Below are positions 1 to 11,234 of a stretch of DNA of 64,000 nucleotides, in pieces. Positions within the stretch are counted from its first letter, which is position 1; every line of letters begins with the position of its first letter. The notes below the pieces were generated by a model. The model ran no database searches. It worked only from the letters and a program-made list of their open reading frames with translations, and was not told where the DNA came from. Both the position numbers and the translations under genes were made by a program. Source of the DNA: the human T2T-CHM13v2.0 reference genome, Homo sapiens; the NCBI RefSeq assembly GCF_009914755.1, contig NC_060947.1. One strand, 5' to 3'.

Positions 1-93
1 TTCTGTGTAGGTTCTAGAGCAAATCTGTAGTTCTTAACCTTGGTTTCTCATTGAAATTACAGGTTTAAAAATATTTATCTCAGAGTTGCACCC

Positions 94-732
94 TGCAGTA
101 GTCAAAACTTTAAGTTGATTCCTGTATTCTTTACCTCTTTGTGTACACAAACTGTAATCATCTATTCTCCTTGAATTTAGGTGAGACCTATGAATATGGT
201 AGAATGTGACTCTTGTTATTAAGTTACATTACATGGCAAGAGTAAAGATATTTTGTAGATGTAATAAAAGCCCTAGTTAATTTATCTTGTGTTAATAAAT
301 AAGGAGCTGTCCTTAGTATATCTGATTTAATGAAGTGAGCCTTTTAAAAGAGGTTCTGTAGATCATATACAGAAGAAGTAAGAGTTAAAAGTAGTATATA
401 TGTTGTCCTTTTGGCCTTGAAGAAACAGACTGCTGTGTTGTGGAACCAGAACCGGGCACAAAGTGGCTAGCCTCTAAGACCTGAGGGTCTCAGTCCAGCA
501 ACCACCCAGAACTGAATTTGACCAACAACCACTGAGCTTGGAAGAGGACCCTGAAACTCAGATGAGATCAGAGCTCTCTGGCTGGCACATTGACTTCAGC
601 CTGTTGAGACCTTGACCAGAGAAACCAATTAACCCATGCCCCAATCATGGAAACTGTGATATTACGTATTTATGTTGTTTTTGTGCTCTAAGTTTGTGGT
701 AATTTGGTATGTAGCAGTCTATAACCAATGCA
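94..732 (+). mobile_element. MLT1-family (MaLR) solo LTR inserted in a MER5-type DNA transposon remnant
   Basis: TG...CA ends. Typical MLT1 3' end (ctaagtttgtggtaatttggtatgtagcag...aatgca) and internal ctgagcttggaagaggacc. Degraded MER5-like sequence on both sides. Confidence 0.75.
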
Positions 733-780
733 CAGTCCCAGACTGATTGAATTGACATGAAATGAGGCGTGAGAATCACA

Positions 781-880
781 TTTTTTTTTTTTTGACTTGG
801 AGTCTCTCTCTGATGCCCAGGCTGGAGTGCAGTGGTGCAATCTTCGGCTCACTGCAACCTCCACCTCCAGGGTTCAAGCA
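781..880 (-). mobile_element. 5'-truncated Alu (3' part of right monomer only)
   Basis: Poly-T then gcccaggctggagtgcagtgg...gggttcaagc. Flanked by near-identical gagaatcacatttt / gagaataacatttt (TSD). Confidence 0.9.
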
Positions 881-905
881 AGAGAATAACATTTTTAAAA
901 AGTTC

Positions 906-1006
906 TAAATAGTCTAGGCCAGTGGCCTGGACCTTGGCTGCATATTAGAATAAATACAGAATAAATGCAGCCAAGGTCAAGACAGACCACTAGCCTAGAC
1001 TATTTA
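906..1006. repeat. Inverted repeat (38/42-nt arms, 21-nt loop) built from a MER5-type terminus plus flank
   Basis: 906-943 is the reverse complement of 965-1006 except for 2 mismatches and a 4-nt bulge. Confidence 0.9.
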
Positions 1007-1076
1007 TATACACTTCCCATTTAAATCATGGAAAAGAGATATTTTTTTCATATCATGCTCTATACAGCTTAAATTT

Positions 1077-1161
1077 TTAGATTTTTAATTATAAATTGAT
1101 CATTTATAATTGTATCAGTTTATGGGATATAAAGTGATGCTATGATTTATGAATAAAATGA
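1077..1161 (-). mobile_element. Very short L1M 3'-end insertion
   Basis: L1MA-type terminal sequence (ataattgtatcagtttatgggatataaagtgatg). Direct repeat agcttaaattt at 1066-1076 and 1162-1172. Confidence 0.6.
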
Positions 1162-1694
1162 AGCTTAAATTTATAAATAAACTCTGCCTTATGGTAGAAT
1201 TGCCATCACTGTAGTTAATCATTTCAAATAGCAATTTTTAAATATCTCTTTGATTTTTGACAGATAGAATGATACTTTAGGCATCAGAATTATCTTAAGA
1301 AAATATATAATAAATATATACATGTGTCAGCAATTATTTTCCAGCATTGAATGAGAGAAAGTCAAGAGACCTCAGCTGGATTTTTTATGCTTACATAGTA
1401 GAAAAAAATATAATGGGCCTCTTTCACGAACAGAATAGCAACATCACTGCTAGCTGCTTATAAAACAACTTTTAAAAATTTATTTCCAACTTTCAAATAA
1501 ACTAAGTGAGAATTGAGTTTTTGTATTCAAATATAAAATTGTAAAACATGATTCATCCTAAATTGCAAATTTGTTCTTGTGACAGTCTTCCATGGAAATT
1601 CAGCAACAGAATATCTTACTTCTCCATGACCATTACAGTTCTTAAATTATATCTTTAACTGGGCTGTAACATCACTCCTCCAAATAACATAGAA

Positions 1695-1880
1695 CAGTGA
1701 TTCTCAGTTTGTTTCTGAGATCAGCAATATCAGTATCACTTAGGAACTTGTCAGAAATGCAGATTGTGCAGCTCTATCCTAACTCTATTGAATCATAAAC
1801 TCTGGGGATAGAATAGGCCAAAATATGTTATTACAAGGCCTCCAGGTAATTCTGATGCATGTAAAAGTTGAGAAATATTA
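1695..1880. mobile_element. MER5A (hAT-Charlie MITE)
   Basis: cagtgattctca ... cagcaatatcagtatcacttaggaacttgtcagaaatgcag ... ccaggtaattctgatgca ... agttgagaaa. Confidence 0.85.
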
Positions 1881-2484
1881 ACATATAACAAACAGGTTGA
1901 CATATGTTTACACTCACACCCTAGAAAACTTTTTGCCTTGGCGAGGGTCTAAATACAAATCTGGAAATTAGTCTATCTACTGCTGTTTCTAAACCAGAGT
2001 CAAACAAACTTGTAAAGAAAACTCCTAAACAAGTCAGGACCACAAGACCATTACATGATACTTTGAATAGTCTTTGACTTATATTATATTCTTAGCTTCT
2101 CATTCATTCTACAAGTAAGTAGCCAAGATCATATACCATGCATTTTCTTTATCTGAAGTTATAATAGTGTTACTCTTGATATAAATATCTGCATAGAATT
2201 CTAAAGAAATCTACAAAGGTAAGAAGAAAGACATATTCCTATCAGCCTGCTGTCTTCTAGGAGTCCATTTCTCCACTTTCTGTCAACAACACTCTTCATT
2301 TCCTATTCCAAATTTCCCATCTTCATGCTATTCATGTCTCTATTTCCTTCTGCTTCTGCTTCTGCTTCATGCACCTCATGTCACCTCACATTACTGTAAT
2401 TTTTCTTACAATTTACAATTTTCTTACAATCTGCCTCCTCTTCCTTTTAATGGCAAGATGACTCGCTCATCTTTTTAGGATTAC

Positions 2485-3010
2485 TTGTATAGACAACCCA
2501 AATTCTTTAGAAAATTCTTTAGAAAACAGACCCTGTAGTCCAAATTCTTTAGAAAACAGACCCTGTAGCAAAGATTAACACTAACATTTTACTGGTGATG
2601 AACTGAGTGTGTAAATTTCTAGGGGAGGAAGGATTCATAAAAGAAAATTGAGGCAAGAAAGAAAGCAAATATAAGATAGAATGTTATCAAGTTGACCACA
2701 GATTCAGGAGAAAACATAATTGTTCCATGGACTATGACCATGTGGCTATATGGAGCCATTGCACCTTGGATTAGTATGTAGGAAGAAGAAAAGCAGTGGA
2801 ATTTATCTAACAAAACCTGCTTCTTTACTGTATCACAGTGGTTCAAGCTTGGCACAAAAAGCATTAACTCCGTAAACCTACAGGTGGTCATATTGAGATT
2901 ATTCAGGCAACCATCAGAAAAGCGAAATTCCCCCAAATCTTTAAAACGGCAACAGGGATGGGGACATATACATATAGGTACAAGAGAATCTGGGGAGGTG
3001 CACAAACTAG
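2485..3010 (-). mobile_element. Ancient ERVL LTR (LTR16/LTR33-like)
   Basis: agaaaacagaccctgtagcaaagatt and gaaagcaaatataagatagaatgttatcaag resemble antisense LTR16/33. Adjoins ERVL internal sequence. Confidence 0.5.
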
Positions 3011-3099
3011 ATCAACCAATTGTACCCCTCCTATCTAATTGCACACTGAGAGTGGAAATGAAAATCAAATTATTTCCAGTTTTAAACACCTAAAAAGTT

Positions 3100-3630
3100 A
3101 TAAAAGCTTTTATGACTGTTGCTGTACTTGTTCCTGAGGCTGCAATAAATATTTTTTTCTCCTTCATCAGCATTCCATATTTCTATCACTCTCTTCAAAC
3201 ATTTACTCTTCTTTAGGATGCTTGCCTAGCAGGGTGAACCAGAAATTCATCCTGAAGGGCTAAGCTCTTAGCAATCTTGCCTTTGATGGGCTAGCATTGT
3301 TAAAATTGCCCATTTTATACCAATCTCTATGCATGTAAACATTACGAGATGCCCCAGTCAAACCTCTAGGTGAGACATATATTCCTTCCTGTTCTAATTG
3401 TGCAGTAGCATTCTTGCTCTTCACAGTTAATGTCATAGAGCGTTTCCTCTCAAAATCATGGCTTCCAGCCAGTCAGAGCCTAAAATTGTGAGACAGTAAT
3501 GACAAATTGCACAACTGGATCTGTTAGCGTGATGATGAGATGAGCGTATCTTATATCCCACCTTTATTCCCAAACCGTTGTATTCTACCTATTAGAGCTA
3601 CACCATCATATAATAACATGCATGTTGAGG
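3100..3630 (-). mobile_element. ERVL internal remnant (post-integrase/3' region)
   Basis: Reverse complement aligns by eye to the plus-strand ERVL copy at ~19800-20420 and to HERVL-type internal sequence. Confidence 0.6.
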
Positions 3631-3760
3631 ATGTATATAGCACTTCATGGGTACTGCTATTCATATTTCTGGTGATTAGAAGTCTGCCAGTTTGAGTGGT
3701 TTCCAGTGCAAAATAAGGCTCTGATTAACTGCAGAGTGAGATAAAAGCTGCCCTGCCACT

Positions 3761-3861
3761 TTGGGCAGTATATGTGCTAATGATTCACATTGGGCAGTAT
3801 ATGTGCTAATGATTTGGGCAGTGTATGTGCTAATGACGTGACAGTATATGTGCTAATGATT
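3761..3861. repeat. Minisatellite, 4 copies of core cagtRtatgtgctaatga
   Basis: Cores at 3766, 3795, 3819, 3842. Unit length 23-29 nt. Confidence 0.95.
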
Positions 3862-3929
3862 CTAGCACGTCAAGGATACGTTGTAGAGTCTCTAGCAGGC
3901 CCCAGTAAGAGAGTCACAAAACAGACCAC

Positions 3930-4140
3930 CAGTGGCCACTTAAATTTAAAATAATCATAAAACCAAGCAAAAATAATTCACTCAACAAAATTAATTAAAT
4001 TAATTAAAAATACAATTCCTCAGTCTCACAACCTACATATCAAATGCTCAATAGCCACATGTGACTAGTGGCCACTATATTGGGCAGTGTAGCTATAAAC
4101 TATTTTTATCATTACAGAAAGTTCTATTGGACAGCCTTGC
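3930..4140. mobile_element. MER3/MER33-type hAT-Charlie element
   Basis: ttcctcagtctcaca...caaatgctcaatagccacatgtgactagtggccactatattgg...cattacagaaagttctattggacagc. Confidence 0.8.
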
Positions 4141-4716
4141 TCTACATAATGAAAAAAAAAATCTTCTTTAAGTAAGTGACCAATTGTGTGGCTATTGTAT
4201 CTTAACAAAGACTGAGCACCTGATCATAGGACACCAAGCTACCAAGTGATGAGAGCTGCTCATTATGAAGTGGGTGTTTTCACGTCCACTGAGTTTTAAA
4301 TTGAGGCTGAGTAAATAAAAAGATTGTAAATTTGGTCCAGAAAAAGAAAAAAAAGAAGTAAGAGCAAAAGAAGTTAACAGTTAGAAAAGTATAGAATATT
4401 AGCAACGGAAAGGATCTTTGAGAATGTATTGGTCAGCTTCACCAATAACTTGCAGAGCTCTTCAAGGTGTACAAAGATTGAAAGGGAGAGAAAATCTAAA
4501 ATTCAGCTGATATCACGATGGGATTAATTCAAAGTCATTTCCTAAGCATCTTTCCACAAAAGCATGTAGCCACATTTAAAGGCAGAGAAAGTGAATCAAA
4601 ATCTGGAAAGCACCATGCTACCATGAGAAGAGCAGTATTCACAATTCATATAACACACCTCCCAATCTTTCAAATAGTGCTAGGAAGGAAGTTTCTAATG
4701 AGGTAATAAAGCATAT

Positions 4717-4900
4717 GCTATGGGTTGAATATGTGCCCGAAACGGAAACTTAATCCTCCAAGCAACACTGTTGAAACGTGGGCCCTTTAAGAGGTGGTTA
4801 GGTCATGAGGGAGGGCTCTGCCCTCAGGAATGGATTAATGCCATAAACATAGGAGTGTGTTGGTTATCACAAGAGTGAGTTCCTGATAAAGAATGAATTT
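4717..4900 (+). mobile_element. MST-family MaLR LTR, 5' fragment
   Basis: tgctatgggttgaat...ctttaagaggtggttaggtcatgaggg...gctctgccctc...aatggattaatgcc. Confidence 0.75.
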
Positions 4901-5385
4901 CCTGTGCTCCTATACATTAAACAAGAATTTTGAAAGCTTTAACACTTAACAGAAAGTTGAACTCTATGTAGAAAACACTTTATATATCCAATTATCCTTC
5001 TGAAGCAATGTTTCTCTGAAGCTTCCACTTCTGATCAAATTTGATTTTGAACCTTTTCCTTGTGACCAATTGTGTAAGCCAACAAATACCTCTCTGTGTT
5101 TAGTATTTTGTCATTAGGTGTTAAATTTTCTCCTTTAGGGGGTAATCTTATCTGTATTTTTTCAAAGTTTCTTGTGTCCTTCAAATTTTTTTCATGGAAT
5201 ACCTTAAATTTTCACTCCCCTTGTCTTCACACCCACAGCCTTGCAGTGATTAGCAATGGAAGGTCTACTGGAATTTGTTTTATTATTCTACCTGCAGGTA
5301 ATTTGTTGTGCATGGTATTCTTTGTCTTCTAATAATGCTGAAGACGTGTATTATGTGTAGTTTTATTTGTTCTCCTTGATGATGT

Positions 5386-5705
5386 TATTTTATTTTATTT
5401 ATTTATCTTTTGAGACGAAGTCTCATTCTGTTGCCCAGGCTGGAGTGCAGTGGTGCGATCTCGGCTCACTGAAACCTCCACCTCCTAGGTTCAAGCGATT
5501 CTTCTTCCTCAGTCTCCCCAGTAGCTGGGACTACAAGTGCACAGCACCATGCCCAGCTAATTTTCTTTTGTATTTTTAGTAGAGACAGGGTTTCACCATA
5601 TTGGCCAGGCTGGTCTCCAGGCTGGTCTCAAACTGGACCTCATGATCCACCCGCCTCAGCCTCCCAAAGTGCTGGGATTACAGGCTTGAGCCACTGTGCC
5701 CGGCC
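5386..5705 (-). mobile_element. AluS (Sg-like)
   Basis: Full dimer with (TTTA)n tail and cctcatgatcc. Internal 12-nt duplication ccaggctggtct. Confidence 0.95.
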
Positions 5706-5879
5706 TATATTTTTATTTTGTTTTGTTTTATGTGGAGGATGTGTGGGTAAAATCAATATCATGTGAGTATCATTAAACTCCAAATCCATGGTATACCATA
5801 TCTGAAAATTTTTTTATTGACCCAGAACACCTGAAATCAAAACCCAAATCTCTCTGTGTATTCCAAATCTGCTTCTCAT

Positions 5880-8800
5880 CTCCTGCTTTCCATTTCTATG
5901 CATATCTTTCTGATGTAGGCATTTGTTATAAACATTCATGTTAGTAATATTTTTTTCTGCATTCCAAAAGTTTGGGTATGTTGTGTCTCTATTTTCATTC
6001 ATTTCTTAAGAAATTTCTGCCTTGATTTTGTTCTTTACCCAAAAGTCATTCAGGAGAATGTTGTTTAGCTTCCAAATATTTCTATAGCTTTGTAAATTCC
6101 TCTCGGTATTCATTTCTAATTTTATTCCACTGTGATCTGAGAAAATACTTAATATAATTTTGATTTTTTGAAGTTACTGAGATTTGCTTTATGGCCAAGC
6201 ATATGCTCAATTTTGGAGAATGTTTTATGTGCAGATAAGAAAAGTGAATATTCTGCAGTTGTTGGGTAGAATGTTCTGTAAATATCTATTGGGTCAATTT
6301 GGGTTGGAGCCCAGCTTATGTCCAGAATTTCTTCATTGGCTTTCTGCCTCAACGACCTGTTAGTATTGTCAGTAGGGTGTTGAATTCTCCCACTGTTATT
6401 ATATTGGTATCAATCTCTTTTCTTTGATTTAGTGGTATTTGTTTTATGAATCTGGGTGCTCCAGTGTTGGGTGCATATATATTTAGGACAAGACAGGTAA
6501 ATCATCTTGTTGTATTGAACCAATTATCATTATATAATGCCTTTCCTTTTCTTTTACTGTTGTTAAAGTCTATTTTATCTGATACAAGAATGGCTACTGC
6601 TGCTTGCTTTCATTTTCCATTTGTGTGATATATCTTTTCCTACTCCTTTACTTTGAGTCTGTAGATATCTTTAGCTATTATGTAGGTCTCTTATAGGCAA
6701 GAGATGGTAAGATCTTGTTTTTTTATCCAACTTGCCAGTCTTATATTTTAAGTGGAGCATTTAGGCCATCAACGTTCAATGTTAATGTTGGTATCTGAGG
6801 TTTTGTTCCTGTCATAGTGTCGTTAGCTAGTTGCCCTGGGCTCTCAATTGTGTAATTGCTTTATAGGATCTGTGAGTTTTCTACTTACATGTTTACTTTT
6901 ATGTTGGGGAGTGGTGTCTTTCATTTCCATGCTTAGAACTCCTTTGAGCGTTTCTTACAGGTTTGATGTAGTGGTGATGAATTCCCATAGTGTTTGCTTG
7001 TCTGAAAAGACTTTATTTCTACATTTATGAAACTTAGTATGACAAGATATGAAATACTTGGCCAGCATTTTTTTTCTTTAAAGCCTAAAAATTGGCCTCT
7101 AATGTCTTCTGGCTTGTAAAATTTCTACTGAGGTGTCTCTTGTTAAAGTGATGGGATTTCCTTTATACGTGATTTGATGCTTCTCTCTAGTTGCTTTTAA
7201 GATTTGTTCTTTCATGTTGACCTTGGAGAGTTTGATGATTACATGTCTTGGTAATGTTCATCTTGTATAGTATCTTCTAGGTGCTTTCTGGATTTATTGT
7301 AACTGGATATCCACATCCCTAGCAAGATTGGAGAAATTTTCTTAAATTATTGTCTCAAATATGCTTTCCAAACTTCTTGCTTTTTCTTCTTCTTCCTCAG
7401 GAATGTCCACATGTCTAAGTTTTGGTCACTTTACATAATCCCATATTTCTTGAAATCTTTGTTAATTTTTTTAATTCTTTTATCTGATTTAGTTAATTCC
7501 AAAGACCAGTCTTAAATCTGTGAAATTTTTCTTCTGTTTGGTCTAGTGTCTTGTTAAAGCTTCCAACTGTGTTTTGAAATTTCTTCTGTGAATTATTCAT
7601 TTCTAGTAGTTTTGGTTTTTAATAAATAATCTCCTTTTTCTTCTCCAAATTTTTTTGTTTCTTGTGTTGGTTTTCAACTTTCTCTTAGATCTCATTGAGT
7701 GTCTTTAAAATATATATTTTGAATTCTTTTTCAATCATTTCAAAGTTTTCATTTTGTTTAGGATCCATCGTTAAAGAGCTAATGTGGTCCGTCGGTGGTA
7801 TCACAACATTCTTTCTTCGTAATGCTGGAGTTCTTGTGCTTGTTCTTCCTCATCTGTAGAAGCTGTCACTTCTTATTTTTGAATTTCCTTTCATTTAGAT
7901 GGGATTTTCCTGCCTTGAGGATGTGATTGTAGAATATGTTATGTAGGGTCTTTTGGCTTTGCTTTTATATCCCTGGGCATTTTTTCTTGTGAAGATTTCT
8001 ATAGGGCTGTGCAGTTTGACCTACAGGCCAGTAGGTGGCACTTATGGCTAAAAGCCAGCTGTAGCAAAAGCAGATGGGTAGGTACTTGATCTTTGTTTAG
8101 TGTATGGTCATTTGTGTTGTTTCAAGTGATGAGCTGGACAGTGGAAAATCCGATCCCCTGAACTTCTTGTTCAGCAAATGGAGAGGACACAGCTTTGAAG
8201 AGCTGTACTGCATGGCTTGCTCACAAATACCCCCAATGATAAGGATGGACACCAACACTGATAGGAGTGGCTAGGGGAGTTCCTGATGACATGCCCTGAG
8301 GTTTCTGTGGGGAATAAGGTGCTTGCACCAGCTCCACTTCCTAAACAGGCAGGAATCTGATCTATTTCTCCATCATACTCCTGCCCCAGGGCTTGTAACT
8401 CTCAGTTCAGATGCACACTGTTATCTCCAGGCCACAGTGCTGCTGAGAGCCAGGGAAGACGCTTGTCTGATGATTCTCCACAGGAGTGATTTTAGGGTGG
8501 AACCTCATCACTCAGACCAGTACAAATAGCTCTGTGGCTTGCTTGTTCTCTAATGTGGTAATGCTGCTGCTTTGTGTACGGATGGGGAAGGAATCCACCT
8601 TTTGGCACATTTGTAACCGCTCAATGGGTTCACCTTGTCTGCTGCCTAGACAGAACTGATTTATCAAGACAGGGGAATTGCAATAGAGAAAGAGTAATTC
8701 ACGCAGAGCTGGCTGTGCGGGAGACCAGAGTTTTATTATTACTCAAATCAGTCTCCCGGAGCATTCGGAGATCAGAGTTTTTAAAGATAATTTGGCGGGT

Positions 8801-10657
8801 AGGAGCTTGGGAAGTGTGGAGTGCTGGTTGGTCAGGTTGAAGATGGAATCATAGGGGGTTGAAGTGAGGTTTTCTTGCTGTTTTCTATTCCTAGGTGGAA
8901 TGGCAGAACTGGTTGAGTCAGATTACAATCTGGGTGGTGTCAGGTGATCCAGTCCAGTGCAGGGTCTGCAAAATATCTCAAGCACTGATCTTAGGTTTTA
9001 CAATAGTGATGTTATCCCCAGGAGCAATCTGGGGAAGTTCAGACTTTTGGAGCCAGAGGCTGCATGACCCCTAAACTGTAATTTCTAATCTTGTGGCTAA
9101 TTTGTTAGTCCTGCAAAGGTAGACTGGTCCCCAGGCAAGAAGGGGGTCTTTTAGGGAAAGGGCTATTATCAATTTTGTTTCAGAGTCAAACCATTAACTG
9201 AATTCCTTCTTAAAATTAGTTCTATGCCCAGGAATGAACAAGGACAGCTTAAACGTTAGAAGCAAGACGGAGTGGGTTAGGTCTCATTTCTTTCACTGTC
9301 ATAATTTCCTAAGTTATGTTTGCAAAAGTGGTTTCACATTCAGGTGAGTGTCAGATGTTGAGTGTGTTGGCTGGTTGGGTTGGCCTGAGTTCAGGCCCCA
9401 CAGGGAGTAGTCAGATGCTGGCGGTGGTGGACTAGGCTAGGCAAACCTTCCATCCTCAGGCCTCTGGATGGGATGTACAAGATGTACAAGTCCTAAGGGG
9501 ACTAAACCAGGAATGGGCCAGTACACTTGTTCTTGGATCCCCAGAATTCACATGCTGGCTGAAAGGAGTGGGCTGATCCATGGGTCACCATCAGAACTTT
9601 CAGGCAGGAGCAGGCAGAACGCTCAGGCAGTGGCAGAACAGTGGGAGCCCCAGGGCAGATCACAGGCCTGTGGGGGTTGGGCTGTCAGAAGGACTCTGGG
9701 CAGCAGCTGAAATGGTCAGGTGGGAACAGGCTGGCTTTGCTGTTAACTTTTCACTGGAGGAATCAGGCCCCCTCAGCTAGAGCAATGGAGGCTGACAGCT
9801 GTGGGATGCATGGTCCACTTGAATTTTCCTCCCACAGGAGCAGCAGTAAATTTTGCTGCTGGGGACACACAAAATTGCCCAGCCTTTCTGCTCCTCCCCC
9901 AACCCAGGTTCAGGGGTGACAGGAGTGGCTGCAGTGGTGGTGGGTGGTGGTGATGGCAACTGCTATAGGAGCCAAAGGGTGGGTCACTGGCTTCAGAGGT
10001 CCTGGCTTTCAGTAGAATATCGGGCTGCAGCCAATATGTACATACAGGGGCAGGGCAGCTGCACTGCAGAACCGGTGCTGAAGAAGGGAGGCCTATTTTT
10101 CAAGGAGCACCTGAGGCAGGCAGTCATTGCAGTGCATGGCCCACCCACTCCTCTCTACTGCAGCTGTTGTATCTGTCTTTGGGGCATGCAAAAGTGTCTG
10201 GCCTGTCTGCTCCCTCCCTGATCCAGCTGCAGCAGCCGGCACCAGGCTTCTCAGCATTCCAAAGCCTGCGGAATTCTAGGTAGGCTTCAGCAGTACCTAT
10301 GCACTGTCTCCAGGCAGCACCCTGTATTAGACTAAAGGCCTGGGAGGAGTAGAGGGGGATCTCCCATGGCTAGGATTGTACAAGTCCATGGCAGAATTGT
10401 GGAACCCCAGGGGTCTCTCACTCACCACTTCTCTGTATCAGGAATCTTCTCTTGGCTCCATGCCAGTCCCAGCTCAGCTGGCTGTACAGCTTTGCTCCTC
10501 TCTGCTTTCTATGATTCCTATCACTTCTTTAATGGATTCCAGTGTGTCCTCTTAGGTGATCTACTCAAGTGTTAATATTTACTCACTATTTTGAATTCTG
10601 TCTGTGTGGGAGGCTCCCACTATCTGGTTCTATTCAGCCATCTTGAACCGGAACCTC
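5880..10657 (-). mobile_element. L1M-type LINE-1: 5' UTR, ORF1 and start of ORF2 only; decayed; interrupted by LTR8
   Basis: Endonuclease peptide DIYRTFYPTTAEYSLFLSAHKTFSKIEHMLGHK at 6149-6352(-). ORF1-like antisense 6800-7900. GC-richer UTR to 10657 ending tattcagccatcttgaaccggaacctc (L1 5' start). Confidence 0.9.
8612..9336 (-). mobile_element. LTR8 solo LTR (ERV1)
   Basis: Reverse complement begins tgaaaccacttttgcaaacataacttaggaaattatgacagtgaaag. TG..CA ends. 4-bp TSD CATT (8608-8611 / 9337-9340). Confidence 0.9.
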
Positions 10658-10709
10658 AGAATTGAGTTTTTACATACACTAATCGCATGATCTATTAATA
10701 AACACATTA

Positions 10710-11225
10710 TTAGTTGGACTTCATTAAAATTAAAAATATGTTATGCAAAAGACCCCGTCAAGAGGATGAAATAATAAGACACAGACTGAAAGAAAATATG
10801 TGCCATACATAAATTTGATACAGAACTTGTACTTAAAACATATAAATAACTCTTAAAACTCAACAATAAGAAAACAATCAACCCTACTAAAATTGGGTTC
10901 TAAGAAGACACCACACTACAGAAGATATATATATGACAATTAAGCATATGAAAGATGTTCAACAACATACTTCATTAGGGAATTGCAAATTAAAATGACA
11001 ATGCTATCACTATACGTTTATTAAAAGAACTAAAATCTTAAACACTGACAACATCAACTAGTGGCAACAAAGTGAAACAAGAGGAACTGTAACTCTTTTG
11101 CTGGTTGTAATGCATAATGGTACAGCAACTTTGGAAGACAATTTGGCAATTTCTTATAAAGCTAACCATAGTCTTACCATATGATCCAGAATTCATGATC
11201 CTAAGTGTGTACCTAAATGAGTTTT
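10710..11225 (+). mobile_element. Old L1 (L1MC/MD-like) ORF2 3' fragment
   Basis: ttggacttcattaaaattaaaa...aactcttaaaactcaacaataagaaaacaa...actttggaagacaatttggcaatttcttataaagctaa. Confidence 0.8.
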
Positions 11226-11234
11226 ACTTCTTTT

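Larger units (their letters stand above)
3631..4335 (+). mobile_element. ERVL pol remnant (RT connection/RNase H region), interrupted by a minisatellite and a MER3/33 element
   Basis: ctgccagtttgagtgg, gctgccctgccactttgggc, gcaggccccagtaagagagtcac, gactgagcacctgatcataggacaccaagctacc...ctgctcattatgaagtgggtgtt. Confidence 0.65.

Noticed and set aside
2619-3005. 128-aa ORF with hydrophobic C-terminus
   Set aside because: Lies in an old LTR, has a GTG start, and has no recognisable domain.
3761-3861. Repeat array superficially like CRISPR
   Set aside because: Linkers are only 5-11 nt and related to each other, there are no cas genes, and the context is a primate ERVL remnant.
9340-10600. GC-richer stretch with several ORFs, possible promoter or gene
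   Set aside because: It is the L1 5' UTR, CpG-depleted, with no splice or codon support.
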